Below, one piece after another: positions 39,021-53,881 of a stretch of DNA of 64,000 bases. The stretch is from assembly GCA_965153455.1 (NCBI GenBank), contig OZ234493.1, positions 2,294,001 to 2,358,000 of the forward strand, written 5' to 3'. The notes beneath the pieces were generated by a model, which was not told where the DNA came from, made no database searches, and was given only the letters and a program-made list of their open reading frames with translations. Made by a program: the position numbers and the translations under genes. Source of the stretch: Sphagnum compactum (Eukaryota). Each line of letters opens with the position of its first letter. Within the stretch, counting starts at the first letter, position 1.

Positions 39021-40837
39021 CTTCAAAGTGATGCAACAACATTCAGATTTGACAAGCACCTCTACAATTTATTGATTTGTGTCAATTTATGTCAATTGAA
39101 TTGTCAATTCCTGATCCTGCAACTTGCAGGTTTACATTCAGGCTGTTGATAACATTACATGCACAGTTGGGATTTGTCCACACACCCTTGCACTTGAATC
39201 TGCCTGTTGCAATGAAGATATCAATCTCATCCTCATGATTCAACCTCAGTTTCCACGTCCTCCTGATCAGCTTTTCTGCATGAACTCTGTTGAATTCAAG
39301 ATTTTGAGTCCAGAAATTCATATGGAAAACATATGGCAAGGTAAAACCACCACCTGCGCCTTGGGCTGCACACCAGTGCGAGTTTCATCACACAATCATA
39401 CCGCCAGTTCTAAAGTTCAGCTCCCTGTCCTTAGTTCAAATAGTTTATCTAGCCTCTTGTTTCTTGTAAAAGAATTGAGTGTAATTTCCCCAAGTCTATT
39501 GTTAAAGCTCCTCCTGCCTCAAGAAACCAGACCCAAAACCAAAAAACCAAAACAAAACAAAACAAAACAAGACTAGACTCAAACTAGAAGGATCACCAGT
39601 CCTGAACAAATACATCAAGTCGCACCTGTAACTAAATACTTAGGGAAGAACTTGTTTCTATGAAGCTTTTGTGAGGAAAGAACAGAAGGCCATCTCACAG
39701 TGAATGAAAACTGTGAGACAAGAGCTAGATATAAGAACCAATCTCAGTTGGACAAATTCAAACATTGCATATTTCATTTAACCATTTGTGAAGAAAGGAA
39801 AAAGGAAGAAAAAAGTTCACGATATGTTGCTTTATTACAAATTGAAGTACATATTTATCAACTTAAAAAAAATTGACCATAAATCAATCAATAGAATTAG
39901 TGTAGATATCAACTTTTGATCTCAATTAAAAACTAAATAAGAAAATAATACCCTCCCAAATCCAAGGGATAACCCAAACAAGTACAATAAGTAACCTCCT
40001 CAAAGTTAGGATAAGGCTCTAGGGATGAGGGCATTACCGGAATCAATCTACCCTCACAATTGCAGAGGCAAATTACACCAGATAAGAACCATGGAGATAA
40101 CCAGTAAGTGAGTAAAAATCTCTGCACTTATGAGGATGAGATGGGTCAGTCAGATCTCCCATTCTAACCCAGGCCATCCATCCCCCACACACTCCTCCAA
40201 TACCACACAATACAACAGTAGTACCTACTAACAAATTTGACATAACCAACAAACCAGTCACTATTACTAGGAAAGATACATAGGCTGCACATGAAATAAA
40301 TGCAAAAGGCGCTTCAAGTTTAGAAACACTTTACACTGGCTTGCTGATTTGCACCAGCTTTTCAAGTAATCCGTTTGTCTGCAACAATCAAATAAGGTGA
40401 GAAGATGGGACAAGAGTCGGGTTTCAGATTTGTTTGTCCACTTGGACATTTAACCACATGTACTAGCTTGAGCCTTTTTCAACCAAATTCATGTTATAAG
40501 TAACAGAAAATGAGACCCAACCAAGACACAAGATAGTGGTGGAAGAAAGAATAATAGCAGGAACTGCCAGTTTTCATTCACTGTGACATGGCTTTTTATC
40601 CTCACAACATCATTGTCATAGAAACATAGTTGTGTGGATAATTTACAGATCATTATGAACTCATTTTAACCTAGGTACTGCTGTCCCTGAAAAAGAAAAC
40701 AATAGCTATGGCATCAAGGTCCTTTAATCACCTTGGCTCCAATTATGATAATTGTCACTACCAACTTTGGGCAAAACAAAGTATGCATACCATACTTAGA
40801 ATGGCAGCTACTGCATCGCAAGTCCAACAACCAGTCA

Positions 40838-43800
40838 CTATCGCCTTTGGAAGTTGAGATACTTGATTGATGCTGCAAATACCAGCCAGAAGAGGCAGAT
40901 AAAGCCTAGCAATACAGCTACACACACACCCACCATTGAGTGTTTAAAATCAAAATAAGACTCTAAATATCCTTGGACAGTTGTACCAGCAGGATATCCT
41001 GCTGCACTGAATGGTGTAGTTATATCACCCAACTGGGATGCTACCAAGCCATACAAAGTCCATGCCACTGGACTCAGATAGTAATACCATTTCCACCACG
41101 GAGGCATCAACTGCAACACCAGCACAAGCAACCTTTACTGTAAGTTCCAAATCTACACACCCAAGTTCTCAATAAGCATTATTCTAGGACCTAGTGCGCA
41201 GTGAAAAGCACAGAAGTTTTACATCAAAATGAAACGTGCAGGAATACAATCACTCCTCAAAACACTAGCAGCCTTCATCACACACTTAAAAGCAGTTCCA
41301 AAGCCAGGTTCGGCACAAGCAGTGTCACTTACGGTCACAGGGATGAGGAAACCCGAGAAAAGGTTCCAAATTGAATAGAAAGCAGATGACACCACTGCTG
41401 CCAACTGCTGTGATGATGTGAGTCCAACAGCCATCATGCCGTAGAAACTGAAGTATGTGAATGTCAAGAACATGAACAGCAAATACCAGAAAAACTTAGC
41501 TGCAACCACACCCACCACAACAATGTTTTTGCTTACAAGCCTTCTTACATCTATGGAAAATGTGACAATCAATTGGGTATGTTTCCCAATTGTCATGCAT
41601 GAATTTTGTGACATTTTTTTCGGAGAAAAATTGAGTTAAGAAGTGCTATGTATGAACACAAAAAAGTGGGCATGATATGACACATGAGGAAGTGCTCATA
41701 AACTTGTGCTGCTAATCCAAACAAAATACACAAGACAGCTTTTGATCAATTGGAGATACCTGCAGTCCATTGAAAATTGATCATTGAGTATGTAATAAGT
41801 GCATACACCGTTGACTGAACCAAAATGTATGGAATCTCTACCATAGCCTGCACAGCAAACCTCTGGTCAATGATCAGGCAAGATTCCCACAGAACAAGCA
41901 CACTGATGTGATCAAGCAACCAAGAATACAACCCTAAACTAATGTTTATGTACGCACACAACTATACAATATGGATCTGTTTGAAACAAGCATTAGTCCC
42001 ATAGTTTGTTCTTTACATGATGTGCGGTAACCACTGTTATGGTGTGAAAGGGCCTAATGACAACAACAATGTTACAATTAACATACAATTAAGGGTTTTG
42101 TTTGATACATACCTGAGCCATTGCATAAGGCATAGGGGAATACATGCCAGCTGCTCGCTCTCTGTAGAAAACTGATCTTTCCACTGCAACTACAGGTTGC
42201 ACACTGGATGCATTATTTACCCCCAAGAATATTACAGCAGCATACAATGCTCCCATCACATTGAAGATCTCCTGTTGTGTTGACCTGTTGTCATGAAATC
42301 AAACCAGTTCAACAGGAAACCTCATCAAATCCTTGCTCCAAAGTCCTGGGCATCTTTGAAAATATGGAAGGAAGGGAAGAAAATCGCTCTGAAATCTTGA
42401 AGTGTGGGTGGGACTGCAAGTGATGAAGGCCTGTCAATGTTTTCAGTCACCTCATCACAAGATTACTAACTATTTCAACATCAATAACAAGTCAATAGAT
42501 ACCAGCTAAAGGAAACTCCAAGCAGATATGGTGAGGGGAGATTGCTTACCTTTGTGAGCCAAGATTCCAAAAAATTGAGCCAAAAATCAATGCACAAATT
42601 GTGGTGAAGAAAAAGCGAACTGCATTGTAATAGGGGCTCCGCCAATATGTAAGGTGTTGTTTCCATAATGTTGCCTGGAGCTGAGTCAAGAAACTTCGAG
42701 AAAACTTGGATGGAAATTCCAGGTCATGTGAGCCAGGTGGTGGGACACTCAATTCTTTGATCACAGCCTCAGTTCTCCTGCAATTTCAAAACATGTTTCA
42801 TGGGCATTATTATACTGTGGATTAAAAAGATCAGAGCTTCAGTTCCCATCACACCATGTCAGTTTCAGTATATCTGGAAGCCAACAGTAAAAATGTCCCT
42901 AGTTAGTTCAGAGCTCTGCAAGACTTACTGGTATAAATCTGAATTTCTGTAAATGTCTGCAAAGTCTTGGCCAATCCTTATCTCTGCAGCTGGTGTACTG
43001 ACCTCCAGCATCCATGTTGCTGGATTATATCCTTCTTTTATGCGCGGAGTACCATCAATTGCCTGCTCATTATGACCACAAACCCCCTTTTTTCAACCTT
43101 GAGGGTCGACATAGATCTTTCAAATTGAGAAATCAACTGCACAACTTATCTACTCCTCCAGAAAATGTCACATAAGTTGTTCAAGAGTATGCAATAAAGA
43201 GTCTGTGATGATATACACCTGAAAATAGTCGATCAACAAATTTGAACGGACCCCAAGTGGACCAGCATAGATCACTTGCCCACCACGTTTCATCAGCAGA
43301 AGCTGCTTGGTGCACCATATATTAAAAGAATTAGGCAATTGACAAGCACAACAACAAAATAAATTCTCTATTATCAACACAGTAAGAGTACTTGCAAAGT
43401 CAGCTGTATTGGCCCATTATCACTTCAATTACTCAGCCTGGAAAGAGCAGTAAGAAAAGACAGAAACATCAATCTTTTACTGGCCACATCTATCTTTAAA
43501 GGATTCGAGCACTTAAAGCAAAAATGTTCAAATCTGGGATTGTTTCAAACCTCATCAAAAGCCTCAAAGATGTCAATGCTTGGCTGATGAATAGTGCAAA
43601 CCACAGTTCTCCCTGTATCCACAGTATTTCGGACTGTTCGCATGACAATTGCTGCTGCTCGAGCATCCAATCCTGATGTAGGTTCATCCATGAATATAAT
43701 GGAAGGATTGGCCACAAGTTCTACAGCAATTGTGAGTCGCTTCCTCTGTTCTGTTGAGAGCCCAGTGCTGCCTGGAAGTCCGACTAAACCATGCCTCAAA

Positions 43801-46800
43801 GAGCTTAGCTCCACCAACTCCATAACCTCCTCCACAAAAGTCTACACAAAATCAATATTAATTCAACAGCCATTAGAATAGCCAGTCAAATTTGCATACA
43901 CCATAAACCAGGACTAAGTCCACTGACTTATATTACATTGTTAAGAACCCCAAGTCATGAGACAAACTGCACTTGGACCTACCTCCCTAGTTGCACGATC
44001 AACTTCCTTTGGGAGTCGCAGCCATGAGGAATATGTTAAAGACTCTTCAACTGTAACTTGTGGAGAATGGATGTCTGTCTGCTCAACATAGCCTGCAATG
44101 CGAGCAAAAGTTTCCTGGTTTTTGGGGTACCCAGACACCCTAATATCCCCCTCAATATACCCACCAGTCTTCCTTCCAGCGAGAACATCCATCAAGGTGG
44201 TTTTTCCTGCTCCACTAACTCCCACCAATGCTGTAAGCACACCTGGTCTGAATGCACCACTAATATTCCGCAGAAGCTGCAGCTTATCAGAAGTCACTCC
44301 CTCCCCCTTCATTTCCTGAATGGGTTCAACAATAACTGTCCGTCAAAAAATGATCATATGTAAATTTTATCAAGACATGTTTCTGTGCTCTATCACTAAA
44401 CTGACTAACAAGTCCTCAACATTAGACTGGTACCACAGAACCTGCATTCCACCTGCTAACTACCCATTCTCCTTGCATCTTCTACCTCAAGGGTGTGATA
44501 GTGTGATATGATGTTGGATGGCATGTACAAAATGTTGTTGCTCATCTACCACACATTTGGAAGCATTCAGTGTGACTCAAGACACTTACAGCAGGCATAT
44601 CAACATAGTAGTTGACATTGTGGAAGGTCAACGCCAGTGGCTGAAAAGGCAAGATCATGCCCTTCTGTGCCTGAGCATGGCCCTCCTGGACATCATCAAT
44701 TTCCACAGCTGTTTGTTGCACGCCACTGTGCCGCCCAGATGATAGGCCTCCCATTTGAATTCCCTCTGAAATCACCAAACAGTTCCATAAGCACCAAATT
44801 GACTATGACATGGGTGCTGCTAAAGTTCTACTGAAGCGAGCCCCAACTAAGATCCACCATTCTCTTGCTCTCTCAACTTCTCCATGCTCTTTTTCAAACC
44901 CCTCTAGCTCCACCCAAACCAGGTACACAAGCACAGTCATAAAGGGATGATCTACTGCAATGACCAATGCTGTTGGTGCTGATATGTACCTGCTTCATTC
45001 CCATTAGTCTCTGAAGAGGCATGCACAGATGACAGACTTTTGTCCCTTTTCGAAATAGCAGCTCGATTCTCCACTTTTTCAACCAGAATATCCTCTGACA
45101 CCATTGCCTGGGGCTTGCCCAGAGCTGATCAAACAAAGTACAAATTTGTCATTTAAAAAAATTCCCCAATTTTCCTGTCACAAGTTCTGGTGACAATCAT
45201 AATCACTGAACCAAAACACATGGACAGAATCACAAAACCGTAAATTAAGTTAAGTGGATAACTTACGGTTGAAATATCCCAGAGCGAAGGTCACCAGAAT
45301 GTTGAATAGAATCATGTAGCCTATAAGGGCACCAATACCAACCCAGTACCAGTAACCCGCAGTGTGAATTCCTCGTGATTTCAGTATGGCCACCCCAAGT
45401 CCATTCTGCAAATTCACCAACTCCTTGTCAGGTACAGTATTTTGCTGTCCACCACAACTGACCATTACAAATCATCACTCCTTGTACATGCAAGAACCAT
45501 ATGCATTTAATCCTTGATTATATGCCCTTGAGATGATGCACATCCTATTGTTAACGCATTCCACACCAAGAATTTGTTATTGCCATGCTATTGACTTTGC
45601 TAACAATTACAGAATCTTGTGCTGTAAGCCCAACATGACATGTGCATTTTGAGGATTTTTACTCTGCATCCAGCAGTATGGATACAGCCTTGAGTTCTTG
45701 AAAGTTAGGTCCATGCCAACAAGGCAGCTGATCCAATGAGTTTGAGACACAAAAGAAATTCACCCTAGTATGTCTCACACTACAATAAGCCTCTTCTGGA
45801 TGTTGATGACCACATAATGCAAGCATTCCTGGTATGGACTTTATAACCTAGGGTTCTCAAAGACATACCGCCTTCCATCGGGGGGCAAGAAACTCATTTA
45901 CAGCAATGGCATTTTGAGCATATGAGAGAGGTGATATCCAATAGCCCCATACCCACCAAGGATGTATATTTTCTGCATCAACAATGCTGCAGATCAGTCC
46001 TGTACTCATGCTGTTCTGCTGAGTAGCTAGCTATCTATCTAGAATTTCTGTATGGACCTGGTAAATCAGAAAAAAAGATAGTCCTCCTCCATATTCTAAC
46101 AAACAGAGAACCACCCAACATATCCGGTATGATGCACAAGCATCAATGATCAATGAGTAGAAGAGACGACCAGTTTTTGCGATCTAAGGCCTATGCAATT
46201 ACTAGCCAATCTAACATTGCAGTTAGCTCAGAAATCAACATTGGAAAATTATACTCTTCCCTCAATCAAACAGTACAAAAACAAAAGAATATCAACACTT
46301 CCCAAGGGGTTGTTCTTACGTTTAGCAAGGATGAAACCGCCGAGTAAGAAGACAACCAGAAGCGCAAAGGAACCAAATGTATTAGCAATGATCATAGATC
46401 GTCCAAGGGCACCAATTGTCCGGAAAAGCGCAATGGCCATCTGATGCATACAAAATAACAGCAACAAGTACCGGAAGAATCTGCCATGAAACACTCCAAA
46501 ATGAGTCAGAGAATTGCTTACAGGAAAACATATTGACAGACAGCACTCAATGATGAGAGCATGTGCACTGTGGAGAATTTCATCTCACCTGCCAGGTTCT
46601 GGAGCGAGACCCACAACGTAATAGACGATGCAAGACCAAATGATTGATTCAGCGACGGAATATGGAAGCCGCAACAGCCAGCTGGGAATGGAGAAAGCCC
46701 AGCCGGGATAGAACAAATTATCACGTTGCTTGTAGAAAACCGGGAGGCGAGCCACTGTGATAGACATCTCGGAAAACCCATTGAACATCATGTGTACCAG

Positions 46801-49800
46801 TGCAAAGAAAAGTGTAGCCAAGTACAGTGTACCATAAGTCTGCGTTGTTGGGTGCAACCTTGTCCGGAAGAAGAGAGTAGCAGCAATAAATGCCACAAAT
46901 GCTACCTGCTCAATTCATCCACTTTTTACAATCTATTCACATGAATTTGACCATCAAGAAAAATGAGCCACCTTCATGTTGCTGCAAACAATAATGAGTA
47001 AAGAAATGGTGAAAAAAGTTTTGCTACCTCACCTGACAAGTTCGGAAGATATACAGAAAACGATTTCGTTTGATGAGCAACATCTCCCTAGCTGTGCATG
47101 CTTTCAAGAGCTCCCACCTTGATAAAGCGAATCTGTCATGGACAAGCGCTGCAGGGTGGCTATCAGCTTTGTTGAATGAAGTATTGAGGTAATTTGTGAG
47201 ATCTCGTCCGACCTCAAACTCCTTGAAAGCATCTGCTATTGTAGCAACAGGTACATAGCGATAAGGTGTCCTCTTATCAGCCCAGTATTGTTCCTGATCC
47301 TTCCTTGATGTGACCTGCCATTCATTTTGCAATTTGCCTAGCATAAGATAGATTTACAAGGAATCATGCCAAACACAACTCCTTTAAGGAGATCATCAAT
47401 TGTACGAAACCCTAAACCCTAAAAACCTGTACTAAAAGCCAAAGAAAAACACATGCTACTGTGACCTCAATTGTGCTTGACAGCTAACGGGAAAATGGTT
47501 GTCTAGAGGTGTGGAGGCAAAGCAGCAGAGAACATAGAACATTTTGGACAAAGTTTGATAGTCCAGATTCAGCCTACAGTTTGCTTCCTCCATCTCTTGA
47601 ACAAATTTCCTTACCTCTTGAAGAAAGTCTGCAATGCCTTTCCGTGGGGGAAGCTTGAAACCAATACTGTCAAAAAACTCCAAGATCCTTTCACGTGGTC
47701 CAAGATAGACAACATGACCCTCAGCCAGCAGCAAAATGTCATCAAATAACTCAAAAGTCTCAGGGGCAGGCTGAAGAAGAGCCATCAACACAGTCCCCTC
47801 CAACAAATGCACAAAGTTGCGAGTGCACTTCACGATCTGGTATGTTGTCGAACTATCAAGACCTGTTGAAATCTCATCCATGAACAGTGTCTTCTTTGCT
47901 CCAACAATCATTTCACCTGTACAAGATGAAAAACAACATCACAATAATAATCAGGCATGATGATGAGCATCAAGCATGACCTTGCAGTTGAAACAAACTT
48001 CAGGATTTTTCAGCCACAACACATCAAGGCTCATCATCAGTTCTCACCATTGCAGAGCTCTCTCAACAAGTTTTTATAATTAAATTTCTGGCAAGCACAA
48101 CTGAGCTGCAAAATCTTCTTTGCATGAGCCTCATGCTGTATGTCACCATTACTTGTTGATCAACCTCCTTGGAGAATGATTTGAAAAACTGAACTTTGAC
48201 AACTAAGTTCTGGAGGAAAGGAATTCTGAACCTGTAGTGACACGTTTCTTCTGTCCTCCTGAAATGCCACGAAGCATCTCATTGCCAACAACAGTATCAG
48301 CACAGATGTCAAGGCCAAGTATTTTCATTACATAATCTGTTGTGAGACTGTGCCTTTCCCCTTCTACAGCCACCGCCTACCATACACAACAAACAACATC
48401 TTTCAGAAAAAGAACTTGGAGGTGATTGGGATTGGAGCACTTGTTAGATCTTGAATACATATACAACAGCATGTGGGAATTTTGGGATCAAATGACACAG
48501 ATGAAGAATTGAGGTTATTTGTCAAATGGCAATCTGCAGAGATAGCTCCAAATCCTCCAGAAATTTTCTTTCTCTGTACAATGCTCAGCTCGAAGCTCCA
48601 ACCCTGGCATGCATAGGACTCTGCAATTTCATGCTAGACTCATAAACTTGCAAAAGGAAACCCTATTGCGCTTGTGCACTTCAGCTGCAAGAAAGTAATG
48701 CACATGACGCACCTTCATGTACGCATCAATGTCTGGGTCTGGGTGAATGTTTTGCTCCTTTTCCCTCTTAGCAAGCTCTCTAAGCAGATCTGCAACAGAA
48801 AGAAGCAAGAGTTCAGGAGGAAAGAAAAAAGAACTCCTTCAGGAACAAAACAACACAAAACCTAGTGCCACAATTTCCACAACACCAAGAATCAATCAAT
48901 CAAAAGCAGGAGTTGTTTGTTGCTGCAAAACACACACCATATCTGTAACCAACTCCTTGGCATCGTGCAGAGAAATCCAAGGTCTCTCTTACAGTAAGCT
49001 CTCCAATATGATTATCATTTTGACTGATGTATGCCGACGTTCTTTGAGGCACAAACTCCTTGAGTGTATGACCGTTGTAGGTGATAGATCCTGACATCTG
49101 CCAAACAAAAAAACCAGTGACAAACTCAATGAAAATAATTCATACATTTTGGACACACATGAATTTCAGCAGCTCCACCACAACAAACTAGACTTTGTAT
49201 GCTCATATAGAAGAAGTTCACAGCTGCACTCCCATCCAAAAGCAACCCAGAGACAGAGACAGAGGGAGACAGAGCGATCAGTTTCTCACCTCCAGATCTG
49301 AATCAAGCTTGCCAGCCAAAGCCAACAGAAGAGTAGATTTTCCAGCACCTGGAGGACCGAGGAGCAAAGTCATTCTGGCAAAAAGCAAGCAAGCAACAGG
49401 AAGAGAGATTTTCAGAAGATATAATAAAACAGCAGTTGTGCTGCTCCACTTCTTCATCATGCTACAACAGATGCAGATCATCATTACCAATGAAGAAAAG
49501 AAGGCAAAGCTCGTGCCTTTGTGCACGAATGATAGATGGATTCATGAGAAACAATAGTATATTAAGCTTTTGAAACAAAAACACTTGCCTTCCAGGTCTA
49601 ACAACACCACTGACACCATTCAAAATAGGAAAGTCTCGCTTGTTTTTGGGCAGAACCTTGCATTTTGCCAACAGACTCTGTGACAGCAGATCCACAATTC
49701 TTCTTCTTAGTTGGAGGAAATCGTTGAAATTAGCTCAATCAAGAAAAAGAAGAAGAAGAAGAGCAACAGCAACAACAGCAACAACAACATGAACAGAAGA

Positions 49801-50453
49801 AATGAGCAGCAGGCAGCAATTCACCTCCAGGATGTTGCGTGTAAAGTTGATAAGAGTAGGAAGAGCCCTGCTTCCCACATAGACTTCAGCGTTGACAAAC
49901 AAGTCCTGAAATCGCACCTCAACTGTAGGCTGCTGTATACCAACCCTGCAGCAGCACAACAACAACAACAACAAACAGAAAAGAGATCAATCCAGTGTAC
50001 GTATGAGCATGCAGAAGACGACTTGGCGATAAGCTTTCGCTGATGAGGAAGAAGAGAAAAAGCTTTCGGTCGAGCTTTTTACCTGTGAAGGCGTTCATTG
50101 ATGCGGTTGAGGAGACGCTCGTTGTCTTGCTCGTTGGTCGCAAGAGCCTTCTCGATCAAGCTCTGGCGCTGTCCCTGCCCCAACTTTCTGACATCCACCG
50201 GCACCGTCAACTCCTTATTATTACTGCCTCCCTGCGGAGCAAACGGCTGTATAATAGCGGTATGGAGTCTGTTGTAGGTCGGTAGCTTCTCGAGCGCAGC
50301 CCATTTCAGCGCCTCGTCATCGTCCTCTTCCGCACTCGTCATGCTCGAGCGCCGAAATGCTTCCCGCCCGTCTCCTGTGTCCCGCCATATCCTCGACCCG
50401 CCATGCTTCCTCTCGAACCATACATCTCCCTCTGGCACTGACGCTTCCGCCAT
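40838..50453 (-). CDS. Full-size ABCG/PDR transporter (ABCG31-like; 24 exons, 1490 aa)
   Basis: Exons (5'->3') 50453-50083, 49945-49825, 49677-49589, 49374-49290, 49097-48938, 48789-48713, 48376-48232, 47916-47615, 47314-47033, 46905-46589, 46480-46320, 45972-45869, 45444-45267, 45124-44990, 44765-44590, 44315-43983, 43841-43551, 43302-43219, 43062-42929, 42777-42550, 42284-42113, 41847-41760, 41499-41333, 41110-40838; 4473 nt in frame. [18 protein letters not shown]1 [38 protein letters not shown]2 [38 protein letters not shown]-terminal LNFQRR. The subclade assignment is tentative. Confidence 0.96.
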
Positions 50454-50487
50454 CTAATACGATTCGTTCTCTCCACACGTAATAATG

Positions 50488-50524
<37 letters not shown>

Positions 50525-51059
50525 AATCGCTTCAATTTCCAGTTCACTCCACAAATTGCAAGAGTTTCAAGCTCTCGATCATCACCCGATCATTCACAGA
50601 AACAAAAAATCCCAAAGATTTCACGAAAAGAAGAAGGAAAAGAAAGAAATCTGAGTCAATCAGGCACTGAAACCAGCTCGATGCTCCTCCAATATACTAC
50701 TTATTACAATACACAAAAGCTTTGCAGTCGATTGAATTACCAAAGAAGCCAGCGGCACTCTCACACACAAATTCCTTTTGCAGTCGCTGCAAATGCGCAG
50801 TCCAACAACAAACAACAACAACAACAAAAAGCAGAGCAGCGTGCGAAGCGAATCCGTTTTCTTCTCGCAGTGGACAAGACGTCCCACCGGCGACAGCAGC
50901 GGCGGACAAAACAAACCAAAGGAAGCTGAACAACGACAACGGGCCTTCAACCCGACGAGCTCGCTGAAGAACAGGACAATTCCCCGGACAATTACGAGTC
51001 CTGTTCTGCCTAGGACAGAGTGCAGACAACTGCCACATTCTGACATTCTGGAGGGGAGG

Positions 51060-51670
51060 TTGTGTATATAATGGAAATAGAGAGAGAGAGAGAGAGAGAG
51101 AGAGAACAGAACAGAAGAAGAGGAAAGTTCCTGGCTGAATTCCACGCTACATTCCGGATGTGTAACGTGCGGGATTCCACGAAATTGGCCTACGGGAAGC
51201 TACAAGTGTAGTTACATGCAGCGTTACCTTTTTGCACATTCTAGAAATACGCAGAGGGAGCGGTGGTGAACATTCTGTCACGTGTAGAGTTCCGCGTTTA
51301 TTACGCTTCTAGAAAAGTGCATTTCCAAAGCGTGAACCACCGGGAACGTCGCCACGTGTCCTTTTTGTTTTGGGCCGGGGGGGGGAAGGTGGTGCTTTTT
51401 TTGAACCTGCGCTTTTCGGTGGCCATTTGGACAACGGCACTGAATGCTTCGCTCACTCCTCCTTGTGACGTCACCATTCCTTCTTCTTTTTTGCGGTGGG
51501 CAACACTGTGTGAACATGTCCATGTCTTTTTAGAATTCAGTTTGATCATCTTCTTCTTTTTTCTTTTTTTTTGGTCTTTTATCGAATTTTCTTTTGAAAC
51601 ATTCAGGGCTAGTTTTGGGCAGAAATGAAAAATAAAAAATCCGGGCTACCGTTTGGTACGTGGGGCAGAT
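51060..51670 (-). promoter_or_regulatory. Putative ABCG promoter: TATA-like box plus clustered ACGT-core elements
   Basis: TATATA at 51065-51070 next to a CT tract; G-box CACGTG 51279-51284; ABRE GACACGTGGC (minus strand) 51351-51360; TGACGTCA 51466-51473; TACGTG at about 51657. Confidence 0.55.
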
Positions 51671-51877
51671 AATTAAAAAAATCTTTGTCCTTGATTGCTG
51701 GTTTCACTTTTTTCTTTTCCCCCCTTCTTTCTCTCTCTCTCTCTCTCTCTCTCTTTTGTTCTCTTATCCCCTAATTAATCCTTAATTAATTGCTAAGTAA
51801 TTTTTAAATGTCTTGTTAGTTATATTAGAGTTATTCATAAAGTGTCTCAAATAGGGGATGAAATTGCTCATTAGGGG

Positions 51878-52195
51878 CAGTGTTTTTTTTTTTTTTTAAA
51901 TAGCGAAATTTCGCCAAATTTTGACCTGAAAAATATTATTTCAACCTAAACAAAAGGATTTTCCTTTGAAAAAAATGGCCCAAATTCGCCAGATTTCGAA
52001 AACAAAAAGTTTCCAAATCACCAGTTTTTTATTATAAGTTCCGGTAGGTAGCCAGGAAAATAGAAGGATTCTTGTTTTTTTTTTTCTACTTTCATATTTC
52101 ATATCTAATGTGTAGCCAAATCTGGCTAAATCATCTTATGGATGATCACCACTTCAGCTTTAACATCACAAAATTGACCCCAAAAAAAACCCCTG
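51878..52195. mobile_element. MITE-like element (318 bp) with CAG..CTG termini
   Basis: Begins CAGTGTTTTTTT and ends AAAAAAAACCCCTG (imperfect TIR, hAT-like ends). The 8-bp flanks ATTAGGGG and TTTAGATG match only partly. A related, more decayed sequence seems present at about 7425-7620. Confidence 0.6.
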
Positions 52196-53881
52196 TTTAG
52201 ATGGGTTCGAACAAGGGTCAAAATATTACACGAGCATTAAAATTATAAATTAATTTTGTATTGAGTGTTGCAATTAAGGATAGGCAAATTTTGTGGCATG
52301 TGATCAATCCCTTAATATTGCTAGATGTTATTTTTCATTTTTCATTTCAACTACGGAAAGCTCTAGTCCGGTTTTGATGTGGTAACACGCAGTTTGAGGT
52401 AATGCTAGGTGCGTGGAAAGGCGTGCCATATGTAGAGAGGTTTTGTCGAGGCTACAATTCGATGAAGGTTAAGAATGAAAAGCACTTGCTTCATGTTTGT
52501 CGAAGACACAAAAAGTAAAGGGAACGCTTTTGTTCAGCCCTGCCCCTCACCCACACTAGCACTCTTGCTGAGCTCATGTAGACTACGAACACGGTCGCCC
52601 TGGCCAAGTTTGTGGCATGCTGCCAGTACCAGAGGACAATCTGTCCTCCATGATCTACCTTTCGTCTAATGGACTCTCTAGTCCCAAACGGACGTAAAAT
52701 TGTAAACAGTAAACAGATTTAATAGAGATCAAAATGTACGATTATTGTCAAAATTTCAAATCTTTGGCATGTGAGATCCGTCCCTTAATATTGCTATTTC
52801 TTTGTTCGTTCTAGGTTTAATTAGAGATCAAAATGTATGATTATTGTAGGAATTCATGTAAGGATATTGCTTTTGATAGTGCTTATGTCAAGATTATATA
52901 TTTAAAATGGGGCTCACAAAACAAAATTAATGCTCTGCAAAAATAGTTTTCAAAGTTTGTTTTGTTGATAAGAACGTTTAGTATTCGCACAAACACAAAA
53001 AAGATGTTCAACAAGTTATTTGCCACATGTTGAATTTAATTTTTTTTAAATGCAATTCTTTAGGAAACAACCAATATTTCACCAATGAAGTTTTTTGGGT
53101 GGTGACTTTTTCATTAATTTAGAAATTTTCTGTAGAGAAAAACATGAAATAATGTTTTTTTTTTGTTTTTTTTTCATAAAAAATCCATGTAGTATATGGT
53201 GTTGTTTTTCAGCAAAAATTGAAATCTGAAAGGGACTTACGAAGATGAGCATGTTTAAACAATTTCATGTACCCTAGAAATTGGCATAATGACCCTTAAA
53301 ATTCATATACAAAAATAAGCATTTCCACATTATTATTATTATTATTATTTATTTTATTTTTTCTAATTATTTGTAAAAGTATGTCCTTATAACTTTATTT
53401 TCTTTTCACCATCCTTATAATGCGAAAATTTAAGAAATTTTTTATCTTGGATTTTGGGACATGGCTCTTTGGATTTTTGGTAGCATGCATAGGGAATATT
53501 GACTCTAGGAGTTTTGTGGGGGGTGGGTGTCGTTGGGGAAACTCCTCCTCCTCCTCCTCCTAAAGTCAATCCAAATAGGTAGCCAAAAGTTTCTCAAAAT
53601 TCTCAACCCCTCAGACCCCCCCCTCCCCACCCCCTTGCTTCCTTCTCCCCCACCCTCCGTCCCCCTCCTCTCTATGGTCCGCCCGGCAAGCTGGACTATT
53701 GAGTGTAAAATTGAAGCAATTCACCAACTAATTATGTGGAAACCGGAATAGAAAGGTTATGGAAAGTGGCATCAACTATCCGATCTTCCTCCGGACTTTC
53801 CAAACAGTCACGGCTAGAAGGCAGATGCTGGAATTCAATTCCGTAAACTAAAAGTTGGGTTAGTAGTAGGTTGGGACGGGC

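Noticed and set aside
50660-51145. 161-aa ORF and overlapping ORFs upstream of the ABCG start
   Set aside because: Low complexity, driven by CT/GTT microsatellites, with no recognisable family. A uORF role is not excluded but is unsupported.
27510-51670. ASG2-like and ABCG31-like genes as an ABA-related gene cluster
   Set aside because: Adjacency alone is not evidence; no shared regulatory signature was seen and the transporter's substrate is unknown.
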